A stretch of DNA of 64,000 bases from Lytechinus pictus. Taxonomy: Eukaryota. The stretch spans positions 24,678,001 through 24,742,000 of the forward strand of contig NC_087251.1 in the NCBI RefSeq assembly GCF_037042905.1, given 5' to 3'. The notes below the pieces were generated by a model. It had not been told where the DNA came from, ran no database searches, and saw only the letters and a list, made by a program, of their open reading frames with translations. Shown here one piece after another: positions 39,216 through 53,603 of this stretch (positions are counted from its first letter, which is position 1; each line of letters opens with the position of its first letter). Position numbers and translations under genes: made by a program.

Positions 39216-40396
39216 AACTTGTTTCAATAGATCTTTTTACCCCTTTAAACCAAATGAAAAAAAAATTGATGTCTAGGGTGGACAATGACCGAGTTATGTC
39301 CATTTTCTATGAATGGCGGCCATCTTGGACGCCATCTTGGATTTAGGAAAGCCCTCAAGGAGGATATATGAGGACTGTTAGTATGTTATTTAAGATATAT
39401 TTCTGGGAAAAAATCAGCTTGTTACTAGAAATTTCCATGTAAAACCTAATGCTCTTGGCCTAATTTTGTGTCTTCCGGTACACCATTTCCTCCAAAGGAT
39501 ACCCCTTATCATTTTTTCCTGCAAATTATAGATTGGTGTTTTTGCGGGCTGAACTACGTATTAAAATGCAGGCCTAGCAAATAAGGCTGTAAAAAATGTG
39601 TCTAGTTTGAGAGATACCCATGTTACCTCCATGCATTGGAATGCATCATCATGTTTGTGTCCGAATGAAAATACTTCATCTGCAAAAGTAATAAGCCATG
39701 TGTCGGTGTTACACACAATACCATTGACTCTATGAGTGGTATGGTTGCGTTTTGGATGATGAGATCTCTCTGATGAGAGCTTGGTTGATCCTCGTGTCGC
39801 AGTCATGTCAATTAAACCGATCCCAAACCGACTCATTGAAGGTAACGCAATGATTGTGATCGGTGTGGATTTGATGTCGTTGGTATGACGGCGACAGTAC
39901 CCATGCATCATGCTGCCACACCTCGATGGTGTTGTAGAGTCAAGGATGCAGATGGGTTACGAACTCAAAGAAGATCAAGGTCGGGATTTCTACCATCTTC
40001 CTAGCTTCGTGTCATTACCAACTCAGTATGATGCGACAACTATTTCAGGGTCAATACGGTCCCATCACTGCATGCATGGGAGAGGAGTGAAAATAAGGAT
40101 TGTCGTTCATAAACAAAGAATCGAAACAGTGTTTCTAGTGCTTACCTGTGGCTATCAGTATAGTTTGATAATAAATTTGCCATTGTGAGGCCTGTTCAAA
40201 GATAATTATGATGTGAATATGCATGTTAACTGCTGTCATTGTATACAAACTTCGCTCATTGTTCTGATATTCATTTTCCTTTTCGTGACGGGTGATCTAT
40301 TTTTATTCTGTAAATGTGTTATTTTAGATAACAAGTTTGTACAAAATACTGGTAATGCCAGAAGCCACAACGGGTGGGCCTAGTATAAGGATTCAA

Positions 40397-41013
40397 AGGA
40401 CAAGTCCACCCCAACAAAAATTTGATTTGAATAAAAAAGGGAAAATTCCAACAAGCATGCACAACACTGAAAATTGTATAATAATTGGGTGTAAAATAAG
40501 AAATTTATGGCATTTAAAAGTTTCGCTTCATTTCACAAAACACATTATTTATGCACATTCTGGTCGGTATGTCAATAAGGGAAATGATGACATCCCCACT
40601 CACTATTTCTTTTTGTATTTTGTTATGTGAAATATGAAATATTTCAAATTTCTCTTCATTATCATGTGAAACAAAGTTCTATTACACCCTGAACATATGG
40701 AATACAATTATTAAACATGTTGTGGTTCAGCCAAGTTGGTCATTACTGCCAAATCTGTAAAAATTGAAATTGTATAATTCAAACAATTGAAAAAAAAAGA
40801 AATAGTCAGCGAGTAACATCATCGACTCTCTCATTTGCATAGCACTGAGTTATGCATAAAACTTTTGTGAAAAATAAGCGAAACCCTGAAATGTCATAAC
40901 TTTCTTTTCTTTTAAAATTTACATCCGATTTTGATGAAATTTTCAGCGTTATAATACTTGTTGATTTTTCTCTGTCAATTAAAATCACAATTTTTCGGGG
41001 TTGGACATGACCT
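40397..41013. mobile_element. Kolobok-type MITE, same family as 1316-2569, opposite orientation
   Basis: Termini aggacaagtccacccc / ggggttggacatgacct; interior matches the reverse complement of the first copy. Confidence 0.8.
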
Positions 41014-41015
41014 TT

Positions 41016-41717
41016 CATTTTCATTTCATTTATTTTATTTCAACACGGTAAACGAACTTCAGCCAATGGCTGTTCTTCTGAACGTCCGTGCGTACATATT
41101 AAAATCGCATTACATGTATATACAATTAAGATACATAATACGAAATAAATATACAATTAAAATATCATCAATATTACAAAGAAAAACAAACAAACAGAAC
41201 AAACAAGTTTACATCACTCTGGCGTCCAATCTAAATATGTTGAAACTAGTTACTTTTAAGTCATTAGGTAGTGCGTTCCAGCTTCTGGCCCCCCTGTACT
41301 GTAGACTTCTTTTCTTATAATTGCTTTTAACTAAGGGTAATTTGATTTTTAGAGACGATGATCTTAGCATGTAGTTACAATCACTTAAAATAAATTGTTT
41401 ACGAATGCTCTCTGGTAACATACCATGCATTATCTTGTACATTGTTTGTAAGGTGCGTACATTTCTTCTTTCTATTAATCTTTTAATTTCTAATTCTTGA
41501 AATATATGTTCGGATGGGTACATCCAATCCACGTCTAATACACAACGGAGGGTTCTATTTTGAATTCTTTGTAAATTATCACTCAAAACCTTTCCTAAGT
41601 TGCCCCAAATTATATCACAGTAATCAAATTTGCTTTGTATTAAACTCTTGTAAAATATCAGTGCTGTATGTTTAGTTATAAACGGTCGGATTCTTTTGAG
41701 TAGGTACAGATTTTTAT
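41016..41717 (-). mobile_element. 5'-truncated CR1/L2-group LINE (RT C-terminus, 3' stem-loop, (GAAAT)n tail)
   Basis: LKRIRPFI..YKSLIQSKFDYCDIIWG..LQRIQNR..SLQYRGARSWNALP; TSD tgaccttt at 41008-41015 and 41718-41725. Confidence 0.9.
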
Positions 41718-44700
41718 TGACCTTTAACAATCAAGCATTTTGTGCTGCATGCCAAATTGGCATCTGTTCCAACCAGATTGAGTTATATCCTTGAATTACT
41801 GGAGCAAGCAAGGATACCAACCAAGGGTGTGTATAACTGGTTGACCGGTTAATTTCATTGATAAAGAAATAATTTAGTAGTCAGCTGGATACCCGGTTTA
41901 TTTGGAGTTGTTTCTATAGTGCGAGAGGTTGGTATACTATATAGGCTAACTGTATAGTGTGTTCCAGAAAAGACAGAACCAAGAATTTATCAATGTACAG
42001 TGACGGATCCAGCATTGTTCAGCTGAGGAACCCCCAAATGGGCCATTTTCTCTTTAAAACATTTTCGTACATGCGGATAAAGTTAAAGATCAGCACCATT
42101 TTCGATTTACCCGTCGATTTTTTTTTCTTGTAAAAAATGGTACTCCTCCCGTCCTCCGATCATACCCTCTCCCATGACGCCCGAGGAGTGGGGGTGCAAA
42201 AATGATCTTTAATCTTATGCTAGTAATCTTGATAATTCGTAATTCACGTATAATTAGGAGTAAAATAGTTTTTGAGGAAAGGATACCTAAATAAAGTCAC
42301 CTGGCAGGCGGTATGTTAATTAAAAAAGGACAATTTCCACATCTACGCTATAACGTTACCTCAATCAATGAAAGTGAATAATAAAGTAACCCCTGAATGA
42401 CCTAATTTTCATGCACTCACTGCAGTTGGTGTGTTGATTTTTTTTTTCTTTTGCTATGGTGGAACAAGATTGAATTGATACAAGTTTTTTGCGTTCATCA
42501 GTCATGCTTTGCTCTGAAATGTCTACTTTTTCTCTTTTGTGAGCTATAACTCTTAAACGTCATTAACCTTTTAAAAACTCTCACAAAAATGAATGCTTGC
42601 CCTTTGTTTAGACAGGAAATTTTTTTGTGATTCTACGAATTTCCTGAACATAATTATTATTTTGAACCCGGGAGATGTTATGAATTACAATAGAGTTGCT
42701 GCTCTTGCTGTGAAATTCTCAACATGTCAATATTACTAAATCACAAGATATAGGAATATTGATTCGCAATCGTGTTTTCAGGCCCTTCAAGTTGTCAAGA
42801 CTCATACCATGCTCATACGAAGCTTTTCATGAATCAATGTGAGGCAGGGCAATGACTTTACATGGAAGCAGGGCTGGAAGTGTTACTTGTGTTATTTCAA
42901 TCAACTGGTGTTTTTTTTTTCAGAGACAATTTTAATCATCTCCTGGGTTTTACCTTTTTGGAAGAAAACATTAAAGTGACGGAAGTGGGCGTTGATATAC
43001 ACATATGACCTGATATATAGCAACCCCCTAAAGCAAGAGAGTATATAGGGCAAATATCTTTTAATTTTGTGGGAAGCTGTTGACGCACTATATATAGTTG
43101 GAAATCTTACGTGTATAATATTCATCTTTGACGTATGTATTCATCTTTTAGAATGTATTTTTAAGCATATTATGTGTGTATATAGATTCATCCTCGTAAT
43201 ATGTATTCATCATTCGTGTATACATTCATCTTCCACGTATGTATTCATCTTTTTAAATTGGTTTTACTCGTTATTGATTATTTACCTTTCTCTCGCTTCT
43301 ACAATCTCGTTTTGCGTCAAACAATGAAGGCAAAGTTCATCGCCAAAAGGAACATTGCGCATCTAGTTCAAGCTTTAGTATAAGGGTAAGGAAATGGCAG
43401 GAAATAAAATTATCAGGTAAAATATGATTAGGAAAAAGTACATGTCGTCAACTCGCCTGGTTTGTATTGAAAGATAAAAAACCTGGTTTGAGTGGAGGTC
43501 ATGATTTTCCTCATATCCTTTGACGTCGGCCCTATTTCTGACATTCATTGTTCTATATTCGAACTTCAATTTGATACCACGTCTCTTGTTGAAGATCGTT
43601 TCGACGAATTTGCATCCAAAATGTAGCGTTGTAGAAAATTCGATTTAGGGAGGTTCAAGGATTTGATCCGAAAGGCTCCAAGGTTGTGTAAAACATAAAT
43701 TGCACTGGACGTATACTGGCCTTCAGAACCATATAGGCCGATGTGAGGGAACGTGGGGGCTTGGGAGTTGTCCCTCCCAATATTAATTCAAAGGTAAGTT
43801 GAAAAACGAATAAAATGGTTTGGGGCAAGAAATGGGGAGTGTTGAAAGCTAACACCCTTGCACGATCCATTTCCCAAACGTTTTTAAAGATGATTTTGTC
43901 CACCCATGGTTGATTGAACCTCCCCCTCCCCCTCGTGGACACCAGTCACGTCACACCAATACCCCCTTCAGTGGATGTCATAATACCAAATGTACTTGAC
44001 ACCTTATACAGGCATTTGATCAGTAGCATTACATCAGCAAAATTCATGCGTGATCGAGTCAAATTGTACATGTTAAAGCGTTTGGCATATCAGCCAGTTG
44101 GAATTACCCCATTGACCAACACGTTCTTCCTCGAAATTTGAAATTAATAAAGTATTGGGTTCCGTTTTTATAAAGATTGGTTTTTATTTATTATCAGCCA
44201 ATCAGATTGAAGGATTTCAGTAGCTTTGAATTGCAATTGCAAATTCGTTGTAATAACAAGTTTTATGAACGAGCACTTGATGTTGATTGACCAGTGAGTC
44301 ATGTTGATATTGTATTTACTATGACATAGCTCTTTATTGTGAGCTCTTTTAAAAACTATAAAAACTATTGATTCAAGTGAACGTTTTTCTTGGGTGGACT
44401 TGATATTTTTGATAGATATCCTCATTGGGATAAAATTCAAAACGGCTGTAGAACTGTCATTTTCAAATATCACCTCTGAATTTCAAAATACCATGGCTCA
44501 CTATTTTAAATAATATTTATATTTTGTACCTTTTACGGTAAATATGAGCTCAAGTTATTTTTTTTATAATGAATTCTTATTACCAATATTTCAACATTTT
44601 GGTCACCCTACCTATGCGATTCGGTATCCTCGACCAACATGTTTTCAGATAAAGATGAATGATATCCGGCGTATAGGGTTATATTTTGACGGACTTTATG

Positions 44701-45027
44701 TGGGTTCCCTATTCTGAGGTCATTGTGGTGGTGTTGGGCCTATGTGGTGAGTGATGGTATGTTTTCAAATATTATGAAGTATGTGGGACGTTCGTGAATC
44801 AGTCTCGTTCTCCAGGATGGTTTCGAAATGAAATTTCGCACCCCTCACCTCCTCCTATAAATCCTTGCACCAATATAGGCCTATGTTAATGGGAAAGCTA
44901 TATACATATCAGATTTATATTATCGTCTATATGTTCTCTTTCTGTAACTCTTGTGAAGGCCCTTTCCCCTCAGACAGATATTCATCCAGGGGATCGTCAT
45001 CAGTGATACCCGTTCTGCGTCCCTCTA

Positions 45028-45224
45028 CACTGTAAAAACGCTGTTTTTAAATTTTAAGCACGTTTTTAAGCCCGTCACTCTAACAACTATTGTTTTAACA
45101 TTTTAAACTGTTTATAAACTTTTTAAATAAGTTGTTTAAAAAGTTTAAACATTTACAAGAAAAAAATTAAACAGCTTGTTGTTAGAGTGACAGGCTTAAA
45201 CAACGCGCTATTTTTTTTACTGTG
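45028..45224. mobile_element. CACT-terminated (EnSpm-like) MITE with TA TSD
   Basis: ta-cactgtaaaaa ... tttttactgtg-ta; internal IR aagcccgtcactctaacaac / gttgttagagtgacaggctt. Confidence 0.7.
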
Positions 45225-46792
45225 TAGCTCTGTTAGTAGGCTTTATGAGCTTTTTGGGGGAGAAATCTTTGTCGTTTGTTGAACATAACTCGTTTAAGAC
45301 CTCAAAAATGTAGCCTATATTATTATGTAATCATTTTATTAGTTTTGTTAGCCTAATCCTGCTTGGTTGATTCTTGGAGGAATTATTTAGATGGTTTACT
45401 AGAATAATTCTTGTTAAAACAAACTCCAGCTCATTGATTTATTTTGATCATTACACCAACAGCGTTCCATTTTTTCTCCTGACCCCTTCTCTACGCAGTG
45501 CATAATTTCGGCAGTGACAGATAATGATGTCGTGCTACTCGATCGTGTTTCTATCACAGTCTGACACAAAAAAAGTAACAGAATCCAAAATAAGTATCAA
45601 TTGTGCAGAACAGCCAGGGATCTTGTATTTGCCTCACAAATCTTGATTTTCCATGCAGTGCCTGAGATCAGGTACTTTGGGGGACCCGTCTGTATAGGCA
45701 ACTTAAAATGGAAGTCGTTATGGTTAAATGTCAATGACAGGTGTGCTGCAATATAAATACATATCCGTCATATCCGCTTTTCCTCTCATACATTTTTTGG
45801 TTTGTGCGTTCTCCTGTGTGGTTGCTGGGTTGGAGGGGGGGGGGGGTGCACTGTATCACAAACGGATATTATGAGTATGAAGTGGAAAACTCTTGTGGAA
45901 GGAAATCATTGCTCAGGTTGGTCTTTATATTCGGTCTAAAGTCTTAAAGTTAAGCCTAGTATATGGGCGCTTCATGATATCCCCTGACCAACTGACCTCT
46001 TTCTCATGCCAGATGGAACTTTCATACGACTTCTCGACAGTTTTCGACTGTACTGTCGCTGGTTTGTTGTAGGTTTATTGGTACAAGCATGGAGGCCCGA
46101 CATCCATGTTTTACAAGCACGGAGCTAAAAACAGAGCTCCATGGTACTTACTACAAGCTTACATGACAGTGTATATTTCTCGCTATATGGCTAATAAGGT
46201 ACATGATTTATATCCGGGATCTGCACCCTTTCACAGTATATCAGTACTCTCGTTTCGCGACCACCCCCTGTAAAAGTTTCCAGAATTAAAGATAAATACC
46301 AGTTCAGTGGTAACGATCTCCAATTAAGTTCGAACAGAATACAATGAAATATTAACCACCAAAATGTTTGTATGTATAAATGAAAAATATGTGCCAAATA
46401 GCTCTGGAAGAAAATGCGTAATTGCTGAGAAATGAGCAAAATAAGCACGGAATTCCATCTAATATCGGGTGTTTTTCTGAGCAATATTACACTGTCCCAC
46501 ATATGCCTTTTTCACTCAACTTTTTATATGAGTTATCATCATCGTGAAATAATTATTTGCTGCAACTACTGTCTTTTACCTTTAATAACCACACTTTTCA
46601 TTGAATTGCCCCCCCCCCCCCGACGCCCCACGTTAGTGTTAGAGAGGGTTGTCTCTGAAGACCGGGACCCCCCTTTTTACACTGAAAGTAACCAAGTTAA
46701 CACTGTGAGAATATTAACCATTTCCTTCTCCAACAATCCAGTGCCAACCACAGAGAAACAGGTGATATGATATTGATGTGACTTGTTTTTAA

Positions 46793-47364
46793 CCCGGGGG
46801 GGGGGGGGGCACTTCCATTGACGAGTGGATACCATGCGCGACCATGGGGTCTCGAAAAGCACCCTAAACACGTATTTTCCATATTCTGAAAATGCACCCC
46901 TTAACAAGTATTGGCGTCTGAAACCCTACCCTTAACAAGTATTGGAAACAAAACGAAACTCTTGGCAATTATTTCCTGAAATGAACCCCTAAACAAGTAC
47001 AGCGATATGTTATTATGTAACGGGTCCGTCGGTCGTCGGTTTTACCTTTACACACCATTTGGTTTAGTAAGGCCCACCTTCCATACCTCACGCAAATCGG
47101 ACTCTAAACACGTATGTTGGGGCAAAAAGGACATCCTTTATAAAACATTTTAATTTTGTCTTATCATCCCCGCAAATTTGACCCTAAACACGTATTTTTC
47201 CTAGCGAAACAGATACCCTTTTTTTCATTATTTTTGTGTTTTTGACACCCTTATCACGTTACGTACGTAACGTGCTCTATCTTGAAAAAGACATCCTTGT
47301 TACGTGTTTTTTTGGTCGCGCATGGTATCCACTCGTCAATGTAAGTGCCCCCCCCCCCCCCGGG
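46793..47364. mobile_element. MITE with CCCGGG(G)n-cactt..attgacgagtggataccatgcgcgacc TIRs and ccctaaaca internal repeats
   Basis: ~45-50-bp TIRs; flanks gtttttaa / ggttttaa (7 of 8 match, TSD-like). Confidence 0.8.
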
Positions 47365-47388
47365 GGTTTTAATCTTTCACCATTCACA

Positions 47389-47556
47389 CACTCTAAAAAA
47401 CGAAGTGCTAATTCAGCTCTTAAAGAGCGTGTATAGTGACTGCACTTCGGAGTGCTGATTTTTTAGTTCAAATTTGAACGAGAAAATCAGCACTCCGAAG
47501 TGCAGTCACTATACACGCTCCTTAAGAGCTAAATTAGCACTCCAGTTTTTAGAGTG
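47389..47556. mobile_element. 168-bp near-perfect hairpin MITE (CACT termini, CA TSD; EnSpm-like)
   Basis: ca-cactctaaaaa...gagcgtgtatagtgactgcacttcggagtgctgatttt / aaaatcagcactccgaagtgcagtcactatacacgctc...tttttagagtg-ca. Confidence 0.85.
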
Positions 47557-49999
47557 CAGTTTCACTGTATTCACTCACAGCATCCAATCCACTGGCTGTT
47601 TTTTTTTTTTATGATCCTTCCTTGTCTCATTCATGACAGATGACAGCTCAAAGTTAGGGAATGTATTATGGTCCAAAATAATGGGGGCATAATAATTTCT
47701 TTATTTATTTTGTGCTCTCTCAGAAATGTTGTTTTAACTTTCCGTTCACCCATAAAATCCGAGATAGATCTGACATTACCGTGCAGGAGTTCCACACAGA
47801 TGACATGATTGTATACCCTGCGATTTAGTGAGATTTTTTGTTCCTCTAGGGGGAAAGAGAATCACTGCTGTACAATTTTTGAGAATCGACGGGGCATGTC
47901 CCCCGTCCCCCGGGCTCCCCGCGGTGGGGATAAAGACATGGTGGTATACAATATACGTCCATGATTTTAACGCACAATAGAATCCAAGAACCCAAACAGA
48001 TAGTGAAGTCCCGGGTCAAATCTGCAGTCAAACAGCAGTTTTTGACAACTCCCCTTTCAGAAAATTTAAATTGGCTTCTCGAGACTTCACTTTCGCTGGT
48101 GTTTGGTGTTGTATAAAGAGAATTCGATCTTTCGACCCTACCGTTTTCTCCGTGTCATTTCCATGAACATTTTTTGTTGAATTCCTTTGGCCGTTTGGGT
48201 GATCAAGGTCATGTTAGATCAATCAGTGTCAACTCGAAGCTCGACTTCAAACATAAATTGAACAGACACAAGCAATGTTCTTTCCAAGGTAAACAGTCTG
48301 TGGAGCCGTGTCCTCATTCTTAGGACAAACAGTGCTGTTCATTTTGTAAACCAACTCAAAGAAAGTTTTTGCACAAAAATGTTACACTTAACTTTTGGGA
48401 AGTGCAGCGTAACTGTGAGAGCACTCAACATGAACAGGCACATACCATGGCTAACATCAAACGTGACCTAAACTTTCTTTCTCACTTGATTATTGACTTC
48501 GTATCAATATATATTGGCATGATGATGGTTTGCGTAAATTCAATCACGAGGCTATGTTTTCTCTCTCTATTTAATTATGAACATTAATTTATGTTGAATT
48601 AATTATATTATTGCACTTCCCCTGCTTCATTATAATTTTAGTTACTTGTTACTTGGATGATTTGGCATCGTGTGTATCGCTACTGAACGGGTCATGATTC
48701 CTTGCTAATGAGCCAAGAAATTCTTCAAAAAGAAAACAAACAAACTGAAGTTTACTAAACAAAATCAATTCAACGCCACGCATAATGGCTATAACTGGAT
48801 AAAGGTCAGTAACTTTGCTTACCCGCCGCTGGAAATTTGACCTAGGCATCATCATCAATCTCGAACTCATCGATAAGAATGCTGCTTGTAATTCGGTCCA
48901 TCATTATACAGTTTTCAGTGGATTTCAAAGATTATGTCTTGGTACTATCCCATTAAACCGTTTGTAACCAATAACTAAATCATTAAGGCCTATTATGAAC
49001 ATGTTTGTATGTCAATATTCTTATGGTGTGGATAATATGAAATGAATATTTGTTTTTAACCAATTTCTTTCGCGAGGAACATTTATTTTTGTTTGATGAC
49101 CAACCGAAACATAAGCCTTAGAAATCAGACTCTGTGATTGAGTCTACATGCATGGCTTACTTGTTAAAAACCTGTACCTGTGCTCGCCTTATTAACTTAG
49201 AATACCGTCGACCATATTCATCATATTTCCTTAATTCCATAAAATCCAACAATCGAATAAAGAGTTACTATTTAAAAAAAAAAAAACATTTTTTCTAATT
49301 TTATTCGGGGGGGGGGGTGCGGACCCCGCGAGCCCCTCTGTATAAGGTCATGTGCTGTGATCATGGTGTTACCGTTACATATAGTGGTGCAGTGTTTTTA
49401 ATTTGGGAGTAACTTAAGTCTACATTTAAAAGGTGCGAAGAGATCGACCAACCCCAAGTCTAAACGAAATCAAGAAGCGAAACTTTGTGACCGACCACAG
49501 CCCACGTTCTAGTTCGTGGCCCAGATCAAGAAAGAATGGGTTGGTGTGGTTATTCTGCTTCTCACGCTATATTCAAGTTTGAATTTTAAAATGACTTATC
49601 GAAATCCCTTTGAGTAGGTCTAGATCAGCGTACGTAGTTCACGGGAAAAAAAAACATTGTAAACGGTGACATGACTTGTGTAAGGTGACAGGTATACGTC
49701 AAAGATCCTCAAGCAGTGACTCTGTTTAGAGCATTACAAGGGTGTCAGCTGCTGACCGCCTTTGGACTGAAACTGAAATAATAAGTTCAACTTTGACTTG
49801 GAAAACAAACTCTACCGCATGCCATGCGAAACGGTCGTAGGCCAGAAGAATATCACGGATCAAAGTGGGATTCAACAACAAGAACGACTGTCGACTGACA
49901 CGACAGTGGAAATGAAAATAATCAGATACACTGTATTTGCCATTTTTCTTATACTAACAGTTCCCTGTCGAGATCAAGAAACCTTTTATGAAACATTAA

Positions 50000-52184
50000 A
50001 GGGGAATCCAACCCAAATAAAAACTTGTTTTTATAAGGAAAAGAAAAATCAGACAAGTTGATAGGTGAAAGTTTGAACAATATTGGACAAACAACAAGAA
50101 AGTTATGAATTTTTAAAAGTTGTAAATATTGGTAATCACTATACTGACTCATGGAGACTTCAAATTGGCTGCATATGGGATGTCATAGTGATGTAAGGCA
50201 AGGACTACTCTTCCATGTACTCCAATGCATATTTTGGCTAAAATGTCATTTTTCCCAAAAGTTTTATTTCAAATTATATTTTTCTTTCACGAGGCCATAA
50301 AACAATTTACTACCTGGGTTATGTTTAGATTACTTCCCCAGGCAGTGGCGTAACAGGCGGGGGGGGGGGGCAGGGGGGGCAAGCTGCCCCCCCTGGCGGA
50401 GCTCACCGGGAAAATAAAAAAAACGGGAAAAAGAAAAAAAAGGGGAAGAAAGGGAAAGGGAAAGGAAAGAAAAAAGGGGGAAGGGAAAGGAAAAGGGAAA
50501 AAAAACTAAGAAAAAACATAAAAAAGGGAAAACGGATAGATAACGGGAAAAGGAAGAAAAAAGAACAAGTGACAAAAAACAATTCGCCCCGATATACAAA
50601 TACATTAGCATGATTAGTAAGACAGGGAAATAAATTAAAGATGACAAAAAGGCAAACAAAAGCGGGGAAATAAAGGCAGAATGGAATTAGCCAAAATCTA
50701 AATTGGAAAATAAAGAATAGGGACAAGATAACGTACACTACCGGGCTGCCGAGGATTGAGATAACGAGCGGGAAGAAAAATGGATGGTATATAGCATAAT
50801 GTCGTATGAAAGTCTATCATAAACTTGCTAAATCTCCAAAGGCTCTGTCCAAGAGTCAAGACCCCGTGCAGTGGGGGCTCTTCATCTGTAACCTTCAATG
50901 GGTTCTATAACGGGCCCCTATATGGACCCTTCCTGCATTAAGCTTTACGTTGAAGCACTGGTGTACCGGGGGGTGGTTCCACAGCCAAGGGGAAATAAAA
51001 GAAAATAAAGGAGGCAGCGAAATGAGATGAATGAAAAAAAATATATGACATGATATTTGCTATAATGATGTAAAAATCTATCACATAATTAGAATTTCAT
51101 TTTAACAGGCCTTTTTTTCTAGCTCGCTTCGCTCGCTGGCGACTTTTTACAAATTTTCCCACATTTGCTATGGTGTGCCCCCACAATATTTGGATGATTA
51201 TGATACACAACTGCATTGAATTTATGTGTTGTGTTAAAGCTATATAAATATACACGCAATTTGATTAAAATGAGTGGCCATCTGTAATGTTTTAAATGGC
51301 TTTGATATCAAGAGGTTCTGGGGCTCTGCCCTGGACCCCACCCATAAAGCACTGTTATATGGATGAGTTTGGACAATGGCCCCCAAAAGTTCTAAAACCT
51401 AACAAACAAAATGAGGAAAGAAAGGAAAGTGTATTATATTTTTCTGAATATCACGTTAAAATCTATCTTCATGTTAGATTCTCATGAAAAGGTGATTTTT
51501 TATCTCGCTCGCTTCGCTTGCTCGGGACCTATATTAAGCTACTTCTTGCCAAAAGCGCCATACTCGGCCCCCTCAAGCATATAGAGCTTCGCCCTGATGC
51601 TCACAATCATAAGTTCATAGCAAAAATCCTGTTCACCGTGGCGTACAAAAAAAGAGAGAAAAAAGGAAAGAGAGGAGGGTGAATATGATATCATCTTTTT
51701 AACATTATGTCAAAATCTATCACAAAATTTGATTTTTTTGCAATAAAGATGTCAATTTGTTTTTGCTCGCTCGCTTATATATATACATTTGCCCGATACG
51801 CCATATCGCCCCCTCAAAATTGTTGCCTTATGACGCCATTGCCTGTTCAATGATATGACCGGGAAATTTTTGGCTCTTGCCCCCCCCCCCCCCCTGGCCA
51901 CCGACCCCTGTTACGCCGCTGTCCCCAGGGGAATGGGTACTTAGGAGAAACCACAAATTCCTGATAATAAAGTACATGGCCTATGGGAAAGTTGTCCTTG
52001 CCCCTTTTCATAATTTACTTACCCAGTTGCCAATTTGAAATCTACATAGTATTAGTGATCTCAATTTTAAAACAGCTATAACTTTCTTATTGATTGTCCA
52101 AATTCTTTCAAACTTTCATTATTCTGTTTAATTTATTTTTCTCCTTCCCAACACAACATTTTCTGGCCAAGGCTGGATTCCCCT
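50000..52184. mobile_element. Kolobok-type MITE with a nested hAT element
   Basis: TTAA at 49996-49999 and 52185-52188; TIRs aggggaatcca / tggattcccct. Confidence 0.85.
50343..51921. mobile_element. Non-autonomous hAT element
   Basis: TIRs cagtggcgtaacagg / cctgttacgccgctg; perfect 8-bp TSD tccccagg at 50335-50342 and 51922-51929; the empty site is visible in the 27217-27568 copy. Confidence 0.9.
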
Positions 52185-53603
52185 TTAACTGAACAGGAAT
52201 AAAACCATGAAAATCTGATTTCGTTCGAAACAAATTTATAGGCCTATAGGCTTACTCTAACTATAGTATAGTAATTGTTTACAGTCTGTAAAAATAAATA
52301 AACCTACACACGTTGAATACAAGTTCAGATGAAAGAATACCTATAGAATTATATTTTTTTCTATATGAAAAAATACAGAAGTGACCTCTTCAAAGAGTAA
52401 AAATTATCCGTTCCGTATGGGACCAATATCATCAAGCCTTTTTGTGTACGGTAATGTCAGAGTACAGAGGAAATAATACCCCTATACATCCATGTGCCCC
52501 TGCACCTCATTCTCCTCAAAACATAAAGGCCAATTCATAGTTCTGTACCCTCTGAATCTCCATTCTTTTTTGCTATTATGTAACGTGAATGAAAAACATT
52601 CTGTGTTTATGACAATGAAGTTTCACCGAGTGAAGTGAGCAGTATAGAAGAGTTCATTATTTACCATGTCTAGGCTAGGCCTACAGGAAATATTTCCAGG
52701 AAAGATCACCCCCTTCAAGGGTATGTCATTGCTTGCATTGTTTCCTGCATGTGTCTGGCGACTTACATTCAAAGTTGCGGGCTCTGTTCGGCGTTCCTAT
52801 ATTGGGGGAGTATTGACATGATTGATGAGAAGATGGCAGCAAGACATAAACAAATGCATGAATGGGAAAGAATGAACTGCTAAACAAGGGGGAAATGCGG
52901 GCATTTGACCACATCTTGTTATGTTTCAGAACTGTCTTGCCGATATCCTCTAGGCCCAATTAGAAAATCAAAAGGTACAAGTCACAGATTTCAGAACAGT
53001 CCTTTTTATACGGGTACTTATTCGGTGAATTGGTTTTCTTTTTTTTCTACAAGGTTCATTTGATTTCATGAGGATTTGAAGTTTTCTTTTGAATTTGAGA
53101 AAGATTGAAAAAATAAGAATAAAGCGTTTGTTTCCTAAGCATTACAGCAAGATTAAAACGCTATTAACGAATCAATAATCCCTCCACATTACATAATGGC
53201 AATAAAAATCGCGGCGATCTCGTTCAACAATCAGATAAAGCGGTATTGTTCTTAAAAATTATGTATTCAATCCGAAGATCAAAGCATAACAAGGAAATAA
53301 GGAAATGCAAATTTCCTTGTTATACCAGGATAATATGCACGGGGTACACGTCATGTTTCCACTATTTATGTTTTACTTGCCGCTTATCTCTGTCTTTTAT
53401 TAAAGCTTAAAAAATGCTTTAGCTATCCCACGTGGACTATATAGTATGCATGCCTATAAAAAGGCCTTGCCAACTTTAACATGGACAGTTTGTCTGAATT
53501 TAGTGACGACTATATATTCGATGAGTCATAAATCTGTCCTCTACTATCATTTACATATTTAGGAACTTACCGAGCTGATCTATATGTTCTTTGTGTCTTT
53601 CAG

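Noticed and set aside
39561..40307. 116-aa and 92-aa ORFs and a possible minus-strand exon (~40146-40307)
   Set aside because: No domain motifs, and the exon candidate has stops in all frames; unsupported without RNA data.
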